Below are positions 10,804 to 22,816 of a stretch of DNA of 64,000 nucleotides, piece after piece. The translations under genes and the position numbers were made by a program. The notes under the pieces are model-generated. The model was not told where the DNA came from. It worked only from the letters and a program-made list of their open reading frames with translations, and ran no database searches. Origin of the DNA: Mustelus asterias (taxonomy: Eukaryota). The DNA lies in contig NC_135809.1 in NCBI RefSeq assembly GCF_964213995.1, positions 109,430,001 through 109,494,000 of the forward strand, given 5' to 3'. Each line of letters begins with the position of its first letter. Position 1 is the first letter of the stretch.

Positions 10804-12114
10804 AAATGGCATTAGATACATTAAAACTTGCGGTTTGAAGATAGAATCTCATGCTGTGCAGAAAATCCACCTCCACTAAGATGTTGATCTTGGGTAGCAG
10901 TGTAAAAGTGAATTGTTGCATACAGGAAATGAAGCCCTTTTGAGGGAAAATCATCACTGAGCTGTTCTCACATTTGTCTACAGCTGAATAATAATGTAGC
11001 ATCAAGTTTTTTTTTCTGAAACACAATCTGAGGAGAAAGCCTTAAAAAGAAATGGTGTCGGTCATATCCGTTTGGATTGATGCAGTCCAAACTTCCGGAT
11101 TAATTTTATAGACAATCTCTTGCCTCCTATAATTTTATATACTTTTGCAGTTTTATTATTGCAACATTGAATCAATCTTTCTTTACTATTCTATTCACAA
11201 AATTTGAAAAGTTACTCCAATGTGGTTTATTTATGTAAAATATGAACTCATCTCAATGTTATTTTCACATATTTTCTATCCGACACACACATCGACTTGA
11301 AAGATATTCTCTGTAGTGAAATGGGCTGCTTGTTCTTACATTGAGGTGTGCATTTTAAGAATGCCTTTTTCCTGAAATACCTTGGGCTGGGTGATGCTTT
11401 CGAACCCCTGAAACCCCAATTCAGCAGGAATTCTGTAAATGTCATGATGCAAGCTATGAGATTTAATTCAACAAATCTAATCATTTAAGTCTTGCACCAA
11501 AAGAAGCACCACCATAGAAGCTGCCACATTAACAGGGAATCAGCCTTGCCTCCATGTGACTGCATTCCCACATTAGGTGACTCATACTAACAGTTTCAGG
11601 TCTCAGAAGATCTTTGGTCTCTCTAATCACTTAGTATTCCCTCGATGCATTTAGTACCTTCTGAAGTGGCCTGGCAAGTAGATTAAAATAAGAATTGATA
11701 TTAAATGTGGTCTCGTGAGCAAGAGGTCGCCGTCATGTCTAGATGCTTCTCTAACACTGGCAGCCGCCCAGCATTAGAGCTGATGGATCTATTTGGAAAT
11801 TGGCCATAATGTAGAATATTGCAATACTAATGGGCCATTCTAGGTGGTAGTTGTCATGAATTATGACCATGATGTGAGGTATTCCAATTTATGGTAAAGA
11901 GGATCTGAACTGAATTGATCAGAAAACCACTTTGAAAATTCTCCTGAACACTAGGAGTTGTTGATAACCTGAATGATCTTCTCTTTTTGAATAACGTTTC
12001 CTAAAAATCATTTTTTTAACAGCCCAATAAGTTTATTTTCTGAAATGAAATTAATTAATTTCTATCATATGTTAAGAGTAAATAGTTAAATGGTTTTGGG
12101 AAGTATGTTTTTTG

Positions 12115-12977
12115 ACAAAGAACAGTACAGCACAGGAAAGAGGCCCTTCGGCCCTCCAAGCCTGTGCCGCTCATTGGCCCAACTAGACCATTCGTTTGTA
12201 TCCCTCCATTCCTAGACTGCTCATGTGACTATCCAGGTAAGTCTTAAAAGATGCCTCCACCACCCTACTTGGCAGCGCATTCCAGGCCCCCACCACTCTC
12301 TGTGGAAAAAAACATCCCTCTGATATCTGAGTTATACCTCACCCCTCTCGCCTTGAGCACGTGACCCCTCGTGACCGTCACCTCCGACCTGGGAAAAAGC
12401 TTCCCACTGTTCTCCCTATCTATACCCTTCATAATTTTGTACACCTCTATTAGGTCTCCCCTCATTCTCCGTCTTTCCAGGGAGAACAAGCCCAGTTTAC
12501 CCAATCTCTCCTCATAGCTAAGACCCTCCATACCAGGCAACATCCTGGTAAACCTTCTCTGCACTCTCTCTAAAGCCTCCACGTCCTTCTGGTAGTGCGG
12601 CGACCAGAACTGGATGCAGTACTCCAAATGTAGCCTAACCAGCGTTCTATGCAGCTGCAACATCAGACTCCAGCTTTTATACTCTATACCCCATCCTATA
12701 AAGGCAAGCATACCATATGCCTTCTTCACCACCTTCTCCACCTGTGTTGCCACCTTCAAGGATTTGTGGACTTGCACACCTAGGTCCCTCTGTGTGTCTA
12801 TACTCCTGATGGCTCTGCCATTTATTGTATAACTCCTCCCTACATTAGTTCTTCCAAAATGCATCACTTCGCATTTATCTGGATTAAATTCCATCTGCCA
12901 TTTCTCCGCCCAATTTTCCAGCCTATCTATATCCTGCTGTATTGTCCGACAATGTTCATCGCTATCCGCAAGTCCAG
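12115..12977 (-). mobile_element. CR1 LINE 3' fragment
   Basis: ORF 12265-12894 MEFNPDKCEVMHFG...RRMRGDLIEVYK. Confidence 0.95.
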
Positions 12978-13142
12978 TGGAAGAAGTTGCGTTTTGTAAT
13001 TTTACAACTTTACTCAGAGTATGAGAAAACTTTTATCTTTTCTATTTTACTATCTGCCTAGATTGAATACACTTGGCGTTGTTCCAAAGTTTCTTAACAT
13101 TGAAACTTTAAGCAACAATGATTCTGATGTCTGTCATGTCTT

Positions 13143-13486
13143 ATAGAATCCCTACAGTACAGAAAGAGGCCATTCGGCCCATCGAGTCTGCACCGACCAC
13201 AATCCCACCCAGGCCCTACCCCCATATCCCTACATATTTACCCACTAATCCCTCTAGCCTACGCGTCTCAGGACACTAAGGGCAATTTTAGCATGGCCAA
13301 TCAACCTAACCCACACATCTTTGGACTGTGGGAGGAAACTGGAGCACCCGGAGGAAACCCACGCAGACACTAGGAGAATGTGCAAACTCCACACAGACAG
13401 TGACCCAAGCCGGGAATCGAACCCAGGTCCCTGGAGCTGTGAAGCAGCAGTGCTAACCACTGTGCTAACCACTGTGCTACCGTGCC
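13143..13486 (-). mobile_element. HE1 SINE (CR1-type tail)
   Basis: Full head, V-domain and tail on the minus strand. Confidence 0.9.
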
Positions 13487-15213
13487 AAGGTGTTAAAGTT
13501 GTATATTCACAAACATGTAAACTATGTAATTATATTTTCTGATGTTTTTACAAAATGTATTAGATATTGTGAATGAATGTAAATTGATGAAAGATGTCCA
13601 AACTAATATTTTGGTGTTTTGTTATATACAAATTCTATGTACAGTGCTCTGATTTAAGGAATATAAAGATGTCTCAAACAGCAACTCGTGACTTTGTAGT
13701 TGTCATTTAATATAGTTTTTAAGAATTTGAGAACTGAACATACAGGCTTAAAATGTATAGATTTATAAATTAGTGTTAATTATAGTACAGGGCACAGTAT
13801 GACTTTGCTTTGTCATTGACAATGTAACTCCTCCCGCAGTTAAATTATTTTATTGTATTTGTTCCTGATTCTAGAAGATAGTCAAACATGCATTGCAAGT
13901 GAAACTTTAGCAGCAGTTTTGTTTGCATTGCTGTTTCAGTAACTGATCTTCAGGGTCAGATTGTGGAGAGTTCAAACTTTAAACCTTCTGAAATGAACTT
14001 TAGTATTTCAATCAATGAAGACTGTTGTGATAGGTTTGAGGACTTTACAGCTTGGGCGCCAGTAAAATCAGTAGTATAACCCAGGAGCCCGGTCACACTT
14101 AAACAGGCGAAAGGCAACAAAAGTGAAGCTACATAAAAGTAATAGTCCCAGAGCGCTTTACTTTCACAGACTATTATATGATTGCATTTGGATTTGAATA
14201 TAAAAAACTCGCAGTGCATTTCAAAACAGTTCTATTTGCTTTATGTTATCAAAGAGCTCTGTCCACAACATGCCATTCCTTATCATCAAACCAGCAAGCT
14301 GCATGTTTGAAAATCTGCTGTTCTCAAGCTGGCACAGTTAGTTGGCCTGGGTATTTCCATTATATTGGTTTGCAAGAAGCTACAAGCTGCAAGATTCCAC
14401 AGACTAGTTTTAATTCACATCTTAAATGCTGATCTTTGTTCTCTCTGGCTCTTTTTAAAAAAAATACATGCAAGTTTGCTTTGGTTTGTAACAGAAAATT
14501 GCCTTAAGAGTAAACATGATCAAAATTTTCAAGTTTTAATATAATTTTCTTATACCATAACTTTTATCCTCTGGTAATATTAAAAAAGTGACAGCAAAAA
14601 CTGAATTCTGATTATCTGATAAAAATCTCAAGCTGACATTTTGGGTGGGATTCTCCCCAAAACATTCAAAGTGTCGAATTCGCGTTAAAAAAAAATGGAG
14701 TAAACCATGCTAGATTTTCAAAATGAAACTCCCACACTCTGTGCACTGTGGATCACGAAAGATCAGTGGGCAGGGCTTATTCCCACTGGAGAGGCCAGCA
14801 GCTGAGATGGCCACTGCATGCGCCGATCTGTTAGCGCCGAGATCAGGGCATGAGCAGTGGCCCGCAGTGCCGGCCTCCCGATAGCTAGACCGCTGGCCAG
14901 CACACAGCAACCTCTATATCTCTGCCCCCCCCCCCCCCCCCCCCCCGACCTCCTCACGGCCCGATCGCTGGCTTCCTGGACATGTCCAGGCCAGCCTCAT
15001 CCACCCCCTCTTTTTCCCCCCCCCTCCCGCCCAACCCTGATCGCTGTCCACCCTTCCTCTGTCACTACTGAGTGCAGAGTGGCAGCAGGACATCCCACCC
15101 CTTTGGCACTGCCTGATGCCTGTTGGAAGTGCCAAGATGCCCCTTGAGTTTTGGCACTTTGCCCCTTGGGCAATGATTGGGCCCCAGGCTGGCACTGCCA
15201 AGCTGGCAGTGCC

Positions 15214-15447
15214 GTAAGAGTTTTAACACCACCAGGTTAAAGTCCAACAGGTTTATTTGGTAGCAAATGCCATTAGCTTTTGGACCGCTGCTCCTTCGTC
15301 AGATGGAGTGGAAATCCACTCCATCTGACGAAGGAGGAGCGCTCCGAAAGCTAGTGGCATTTGCTACCAAATAAACCTGTTTGACTTTAACCTGGTGTTG
15401 TTAAAACTCTTACTGTGTTTACCCCAGTCCAACGCCAGCATCTCCAC
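15214..15447 (+). mobile_element. Penelope-like (PLE) inverted terminal-repeat mini-insertion
   Basis: About 100-bp inverted arms (15214-15413), 34-nt unpaired tail, TSD AAGCTGGCAGTGCC (15200-15213 / 15448-15461). Confidence 0.85.
15321..15357 (+). ncRNA. Minimal type-I hammerhead ribozyme (PLE-type)
   Basis: CCAT-CTGACGA-A-GGAG(gagcg)CTCC-GAAAGCTA-GTGG: core CUGANGA/GAAA, stem II, palindromic AGCU stem III, stem I CCAU/GUGG. Confidence 0.7.
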
Positions 15448-16189
15448 AAGCTGGCAGTGCCCAGGGGGCATCCCCTTACCCCCGACTTCTGGAAGCCCCC
15501 ACCGCCCCCCCCCCCCCCCCCCCTGCCATTCACTCCAATGGGGTCGGGCCACCATTTCCCTGCTAATGGGGACCTATTGTAAAGCCTGCTGGAGTGAAAT
15601 GCTCCTGTCCGGGGCGGGGAGGGGGGGTTGGGGGTGGCAGTGGCGGGGTGGAGGTTAGCGGGCCCGGAGACTTCAGTCCAGGGCCCACTAATGACATCCA
15701 AATGCCCATGTATGTAATTTATACAACTCCATGCCGATTACTGGTGTGGAGCTGACGACGCCGGAAATCCGGCAGCCGCAGACTCACGGAGGCCATGGCG
15801 CCCAGCGGGATGTCCACTACATAGCTTCCACTTGTGCCTCCCTAAAGCAGTGCAACAGGCTGGGAGAATCGCCCCCTTCCTCTCCCCCAGCGCCCCCCGC
15901 CCCATGTTAAATGCAAAACAAGAACAAAAAATTGTTTTCAAAGATGTCTGAAGTTTTATTAAATTGCATGACAATTTATTTTATATACTATAAATTATGT
16001 AAGAACTGAACTCATTATCTTCTGCACGTCCTCCTATTGAAAAGAAGCACAAATGGAATCAATTCTCCACAATTATTTCAGGATTTTGATTCCGGTTGTA
16101 AATTCAACTGTGAAAATTTGAGAAGAAAAGTTTAGTACTTGAGATAAGTTTGAATTTGATTGTGAGAGTTTACTACTCACCCTGAGTCT

Positions 16190-16320
16190 GTTAATACCCT
16201 ATCCTAACTATAAGCCTAACTCCAATGCACTAACCCTAACTGTTAAGCCCAAGCCCTAACCTTATCCTTAAATCCTAAACACTAACCCTAGCATTACTGC
16301 TTACTCTAATTCCTATTAAT
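16190..16320 (+). repeat. Degenerate (TAACCC)n-like tract
   Basis: Recurrent CCTAAC/TAACCC/CCCTAA hexamers. Confidence 0.6.
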
Positions 16321-16456
16321 GCAGTAAATAAATAAAATTTTAAATTTAACATTAGCAGTATTGTTAGGTAGCTGAGAAAGGAAGTTTACAAGTATTCAAA
16401 CATCATTTTATTTCAAGGTTTTAAATTTTTACATATACAAATAGTATGGATAGTAT

Positions 16457-16792
16457 GGGCGGCACGGTAGCACTGTGGTTAGCACTGCTGCTTCACAGCT
16501 CCGGGGTCCCGGGTTCGATTCCCGGTTCGGGTCACTGTCTGTGTGGAGTTTGCACATTCTCCTCGTGTCTGTGTGGGTTTCCTCCGGGTGCTCCGGTTTC
16601 CTCCCACAGTCCAAAGATGTGCGGGTTAGGTTGATTGGCCAGGTTAAAAATTGCCCCTTAGAGTCCTGGGATGTGTAGGTTAGAGGGATTAGCGGGTAAA
16701 TATGTGGGGGTATGGCCTGGGTGGGATTGTGGTCGGTGCAGACTCGATGGGCCGAATGACCTCCTTCTGCACTGTAGGGTTTCTATGATTTC
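16457..16792 (+). mobile_element. HE1 SINE (CR1-type tail) with TSD
   Basis: Full length; TSD TATGGATAGTAT (16445-16456) / TATGGATAGCAT (16793-16804). Confidence 0.93.
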
Positions 16793-16810
16793 TATGGATA
16801 GCATACAGAC

Positions 16811-16824
16811 CCACTAGATGGCAG
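16811..16824 (+). promoter_or_regulatory. Candidate CTCF site
   Basis: CCACTAGATGGCAG fits the CTCF core CCASYAGRKGGCRS; motif match only. Confidence 0.35.
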
Positions 16825-17184
16825 ATGTGTCTTTCTAAAAGTGGGAAGATTATTCAATGTCGCCAGAATGCATAAACGCTTACAAATGGACGATAACACA
16901 TTTAAAATGTAATGGTTTGAGTGTGGGATGTGAATTCTCCACTTATCACAACAAATGGGAGGAGTCAGTTTTTCCAGGATTCTTCTGGCATCTTCCATCG
17001 GATCGTGTGCTGCTCACAGGAAAACTAATGGGATTTGATTCCAAGCTAAAATAACGGGAAAATCTATCATTTAATTTTAAGCAGGTTTGAAGAAAAAACA
17101 GGAGACTGCGCTGGAGTATTTTTGAACCTACACCAGAGACACCACCATGTTTGTGGTTACGAGTAGCTATCCCACAGTAACATG

Positions 17185-17780
17185 AATACTGTAACTACCA
17201 GAGCCGATCAGAAGTTGAGAATTCTGTGGCGAGTAACTCACCTCCTGACCCCCGAAAGCCAGTTCACCATTTACAAGACATGAGTCAGGAGTGTGATGAA
17301 TTACTCTCCACTTGCCTAGGCGAGTACAGCTCCAACAGCACTCAAGAAGCTCAACAGGGTACAGCAGCCCGCTTGATTGGCACCCCATCCACCACTTTAG
17401 GCATTCACTTGCTAGACCCCTAACGCACAATAGCAGCGATGTGCACCATCTACAAAATGCACTGCAGTAACTCACCAAGGCTCCTTCAATAGCACCTTCC
17501 AAATCAATGATCTCTACTGGATAGGACAAGGGTAGCAGTTGCATGAGAATGCCACCACTTGTGAGACCCCCTCCAAGCCACACACCAGACTGACTTGGAG
17601 CTTTAAAGCCAATTCTTTACTGTGAGCGGGTCAAAATCTTGGAACTGTCTTCCTATGGATGTAGCTACACCAGATTCAAAGCAGCAATTCGAGAAAGTGA
17701 TTCACCCCCACCTTCTCAAAGACAAATGGGGATGAATGACAAATACTGGCCAGCAACGCTCACACCCCATGAAAAAATAA
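17185..17780 (+). mobile_element. CR1/L2-group LINE 3' fragment (second family)
   Basis: Degenerate RT C-terminal coding and 3' end shared with other copies. Confidence 0.65.
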
Positions 17781-17859
17781 TAGAAACTTTAACCATAAAC
17801 CAACAATAGCCCTAATGCTGTGTCTCTAACCTCAACTCTAAGCCTAAACCCAAACATCA

Positions 17860-19041
17860 ACAAAGAACAAAGAGCAGTACAGCACAGGAAACAGGCCCTT
17901 CGGCCTTCCAAGCCTGTGCCGCTCCTTGGTCCAACTAGACCAATCGTTTGTATCCCTCCATTCCCAGGCTGCTCATGTGACTATCCAGGTAAGTCTTAAA
18001 CGATGTCAGCATGCCTGCCTCCACCACCCTACTTGGCAGCGCATTCCAGGCCCCCACCACCCTCTGTGTAAAAAACGTCCCTCTGATATCTGAGTTATAC
18101 TTCGCCCCTCTCAGCTTGAGCCCGTGACCCCTCGTGATCGTCACCTCCGACCTGGGAAAAAGCTTCCCACTGTTCACCCTATCTATACCCTTCATAATCT
18201 TGTACACCTCTATTAGGTCTCCCCTCATTCTCCGTCTTTCCAAGGAGAACAACCCCAGTCTACCCAATCTCTCCTCATAGCTAAGACCCTCCATACCAGG
18301 CAACATCCTGGTAAACCTTCTCTGCACTCTCTCTAACGCCTCCACGTCCTTCTGGTAGTGCGGCGACCAGAACTGGACGCAGTACTCCAAATGTGGCCTA
18401 ACCAGCGTTCTATACAGCTGCATCATCAGACTCCAGCTTTTATACTCTATACCCCGTCCTATAAAGGCAAGCATACCATATGCCTTCTTCACCACCTTCT
18501 CCACCTGTGTTGCCACCTTCAAGGATTTGTGGACTTGCACACCTAGGTCCCTCTGTGTTTCTATACTCCTGATGACTGCCATTTATTGTATAACTCCTCC
18601 CTACATTATTTCTTCCAAAATGCATCACTTCGCATTTATCCGGATTAAACTCCATCTGCCACCTCTCCGCCCAATTTTCCAGCCTATTTATATCCTGCTG
18701 TATTGCCCGACAATGCTCTTCGCTATCCGCAAGTCCAGCCATCTTCGTGTCATCCGCAAACTTGCTGATTACACCAGTTACACGTTCTTCCAAATCATTT
18801 ATATATATCACAAATAGCAGAGGTCCCAGTACAGAGCCCTGCGGAACACCACTGGTCACAGACCTCCAGCCGGAAAAAGAGCCTTCGACCACTACCCTCT
18901 GTCTCCTATGGCCAAGCCAGTTCTCCACCCATCTAACCACTTCTCCTTGTATCCCATGAGCCTTAACCTTCTTAACCAACCTGCCATGTGGGACTTTGTC
19001 AAATGCCTTACTGAAATCCATATAGACGACATCCACGGCCC
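17860..19041 (-). mobile_element. CR1 LINE, 5'-truncated
   Basis: ORFs 18440-19036 and 17935-18582: [25 protein letters not shown]. Confidence 0.95.
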
Positions 19042-19367
19042 ATCCTTTTGGCCAGGTGATTTAAATTAGATCCAAAAACAATTAAAGTGAGAACTTATCA
19101 AAAACTTTAAGTGTTTGGGACTATGTACATTAGCAGTATAGTTCTGAGATGGATAAAGGATAGGGCAGATTGTCCCATCAGCAGAAAATTACATGCATAT
19201 TTTGACTTGTCTGAGCATTTAGTAACACCTTATCTGGAGGTGGATAATGGCAAACTAACCTGGACAAAAGGCAATAGAAAACATGAGACAACCAAAAGTG
19301 GCAGATTCCATAGATTATTAAACTCAAATGGGAATTTATAAACAAGACAATACAATCTCCTGTCTGC

Positions 19368-19570
19368 GAACCCAAACCCCAACTATTATCCTAACACAAT
19401 ACAGCCAGCCCTACCCATAACCCTAGCCTCACTCTAACCTAACCCAACCTGGAAGCTCAAGTCTCTGGGGTAGTCTTGAACCCTAACCTCCAATCCTGAA
19501 CCGTGAACCCCAGGCACTAAAACTGAGCTCTGAACCTCTGATTGGGATTGGAATCCCCATTTCCAACCCT
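19368..19570 (+). repeat. Degenerate (TAACCC)n-like tract
   Basis: AACCCAAACCCC, TAACCCTAG, CTAACCTAACCC, AACCCTAACC; similar tract at 17790-17855. Confidence 0.5.
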
Positions 19571-19637
19571 GGTCAGGCAGAAAAATGCCCACGAACTTCC
19601 TCTGGTTTTTCTGGGCAATACTTCTACACCATAAAGG

Positions 19638-20808
19638 GTGTAAAGACGCAGAGGGACCTGGGTGTGCAAGTCCACAGATCTTTGAAGGTGACGTCACAGG
19701 TGGAGAAGGTGGTGAAGAAGGCATATGGCATGCTTGCCTTTATAGGACGGGGCATAGAGTATAAAAGTTGGGGTCTGATGTTGCAGATGTATAGAACGTT
19801 GGTTCAGCCGCATTTGGAATACTGCGTCCAGTTCTGGTCGCCACACTACCAGAAGGACGTGGAGGCTTTGGAGAGAGTACAGAGGAGGTTTACCAGGATG
19901 TTGCCTGGTATGGAGGGGCTTGGTTATGAGGAGAGATTGGGGAAACTGGGGTTGTTCTCCTTGGAAAGACGGAGGATGAGGGGAGACTTAATAGAGGTGT
20001 ATAAAATTATGAAAGGCATAGATAGGGTGAACGGTGGGAAGCTTTTCCCCGGGTCGGTGGTGACGTTCACGAGGGGTCATAGGTTCAAGGTGAAGGGGGG
20101 GAGGTTTAACACAGATATCAGAAGGACATATTTTACACAGAGGGTCGTGGGGGCCTGGAATGTGTTGCCGGGCAAGGTGGTGGAGGCGGACACACTGGGA
20201 ACGTTTAAGACTTATCTAGACAGCTATATGAACGGAGTGGGAATGGAGGGATACAAAAGAGTGGTCTAGTTTGGACCAGGGAGCGGCGCGGGCTAATTGT
20301 TCTTTGTTTCTCGTTTCAAGGCTTCATTCTATGATCATCTTGCTGGTGCCAGTACAGAGCGAGACTGCGGATAGTTGGGAACCTGTCTCGGGGGCAGGGA
20401 ATTCATATGGTGTTCGTGGAAGTGGAAATGACTAGGGTTGGGAAGCATTTTCCGATCAGGGCCAGTGTGATCTCCTGGACTCGTTTCGATCGCCTCAGGG
20501 GGTCGGAGAGGAATTTCCCAGATTTTCTTTCCCCATATTGGCCCTGGGGTTTTCACTCTGGGTTTTCGCCTCTCCCTGGAGATCACATGGTCTGAAATGG
20601 GGGGGTGGGGGATAGTTAATAGGTTGTGATGAACAAAGCATCGTAGCTGTGAGGGACAGCTCGGTGGATAGGATATTAGTATGTAGATAGGCTGGAAAAT
20701 TGGGCGGGGATCCTGGATTCAGGATTCAATCCTGGACCGGGGAGCGGCGCGGGCTTGGAGGGCCGAAGGGCCTGTTCCTGTGCTGTATTGTTCTTTGTTC
20801 TTTGTTCT
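19638..20808 (+). mobile_element. CR1 LINE 3' fragment with long bipartite 3' UTR
   Basis: ORF 19664-20269 is the CR1 ORF2 C-terminus; motif GGACC.GGGAGCGGCGCGGGCT occurs twice (~20273 and ~20733); ends in (TTCTTTG)n. Confidence 0.9.
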
Positions 20809-21117
20809 GATGGGGGATGCATCCAAATAGACGCAGTGGAGGAAACGTAGGAGGGAGCAGTGAAGCAAAACCCTGGAGAAGACATGTCCCCCTGTTTACT
20901 GTATGAGCTGCCATATTCCATTAAGTAAAGTGTTTAAATGTCCCAAAGCTACAGAGAGAGCAGGTAAGAGTTTAAGAAGGTAAAGGTGGTGAGGTTGAGT
21001 TGGGGGGATGTCGAGGTTTTGGTGAATGGTGAGGTCATTTCAGGTGCGAGTGAGTCGAGAGATCAGGGTGGAGTTTGAGGTCAGTTATTTGATTACCCAG
21101 GAGTTAGTCTCAGATTT

Positions 21118-21252
21118 AGAAACATTGAAACATAGAAAAACTACAGCACAAAACAGGCCCTTCGGCCCCACAAGTTGTGCCGAACATATCCCTACCTTTT
21201 AGGCCTACCTATAACCCTCCATCCTATTAAGTCCCAGGTACTCATCCAGGAA
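21118..21252 (-). mobile_element. CR1 3' tail fragment
   Basis: GAAACATAGAAA..CAGCACAAAACAGGCCCTTCGGCCC motif. Confidence 0.75.
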
Positions 21253-21513
21253 TTTATGTGCAATGTTTGTGTATGTGCTTATGTGCAATGTTTATGTGTA
21301 ATGTGTAATGTCATTTATGTGTAATGTTTTCTGGGGAGGTATTCAAACAAGTACATCAGACTCTAACTCGGAGTTTGATACTTCCTCGGAGGGTGCTGAG
21401 GAACAGGGGAATTACCCACCTGAAGTTCAAACTTCCCAGTCAATTCCCACAGCGGACTTCCGAGGGGTCCCTTACTGGATCTTGGAGGGGAAAGATATGT
21501 CTGATCTCTGGCT

Positions 21514-21671
21514 GTAAGAAGTCTCACAACACCAGGTTAAAGTCGAACAGGTTTGTTTGGTAGCAAAAGCCACTGTGGCTTTTGCTACCAAATAAACCTG
21601 TTGGACTTTAACCTGGTGTTGTGAGACTTCTTACTGTGTTAACCCAGTCCAACACCGGCATCTCCACATTA
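21514..21671 (+). mobile_element. PLE inverted terminal-repeat mini-insertion
   Basis: 60-bp inverted arms (21514-21573 / 21575-21634), 37-nt tail, TSD TGATCTCTGGCT (21502-21513 / 21672-21683). Confidence 0.85.
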
Positions 21672-22816
21672 TGATCTCTGGCTATCCAGAGACTGGAAGA
21701 TTTGGGCTGGTATGCTTAGGGAATAAGTATTGAGACAGTGAAAGAGGAAAAGAATAAAAAGGAAACTCAGTAATGCAATGGAGGGGTTAAATAATTAAAG
21801 GGACTATGGTGAAAGGCCATAGAGGCTGGTAATAGGACAAATGAAGAAATAAAGTATTGAGAGAAGGTGAAATGTGAAAACTGAGTTAATCACCAGCAGT
21901 TGCTGCAACCTATAACACTCGAAAGAGAAGGTGGAGCTGTCCTCGGTGTTTTCAGCATTTTCTGTTCTCATTTCAGAATTCCAGCATCCAGGGTATTTTC
22001 CTTTAAAGAGTCAGTAGTGTAGTGGGGGGAGTTGGGCTGTCTCCCTGACCTCTGTGGGGTTCTTCAGAGTGAGTGCAGCTGTGGAGGTTGGCCTCAGTGC
22101 TGAGCCCCGCGGCTGCCATTGTGGTTGTCAGCCAGGTTTGGTGCGGAGGGCGCAGGATTGGGTGTGCATCCTGGGTTCTTCTGGGCTTTGGAGCAGTTTT
22201 TAGCCGGCTTGAAGAAGGAGCAGAGCTTAGTGCCACAAGAAGGGATGGGAAGAAGGGGAACCACTTTGGAAAAGGACCACACAAAATTCCCCAAGTTTGA
22301 TTAATCCCCAAGATGGTTGAGGTACCGCCTAGATGGCAAGCTATCCAGCCTCAAGTGTTCGAGGGGAACTTGCAACAGGAATGCCATGAGCTCTCAACTT
22401 TTGTTTTATTTCACTCTGCTTGGAGTCTAGTTTTAAGACCAATCCCATTTTGCAAAGGGTGTGAATAAGGGATTGAAGAGAAAGTTTTGCAATCACTAGC
22501 CTTCATTCATTTTGGCTCCCACTGTTTAATAACTAAATCAACGCTGACTTGAAACAAGGAGTTGAGCTCTCAATGGTTTTCCAGTGTTTTGGGGTGTTGC
22601 GCAATAGTCACCCACCATAAGCAACTTTCGAGAATGTACATATATGTTCATTGCCTGTGGATCACTGAGCTGGAATCTTTATGCATTATGTGTACTTTTT
22701 CCTACGTTACAATTATGCATAAGGACATCTTGTGCCATCAAATGAGGGCTAATATAATCATATGAACTCATTGCACAATAGGAAACCACTTGGCCCATTG
22801 TAGCTATTGTGCTGAA

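Larger units (their letters stand above)
14643..15875. mobile_element. GC-rich non-autonomous DNA transposon (Harbinger-like), hosting a Penelope hairpin
   Basis: Imperfect TIRs GGGTGGGATTCTCCC / GGGAGAATCGCCCCC bound a GC-rich block within AT-rich flanks. Confidence 0.6.

Noticed and set aside
22003-22311. Minus-strand ORF containing Kozak-like ACAATGGCAGCC
   Set aside because: No homology, splice donor or partner exons recognised.
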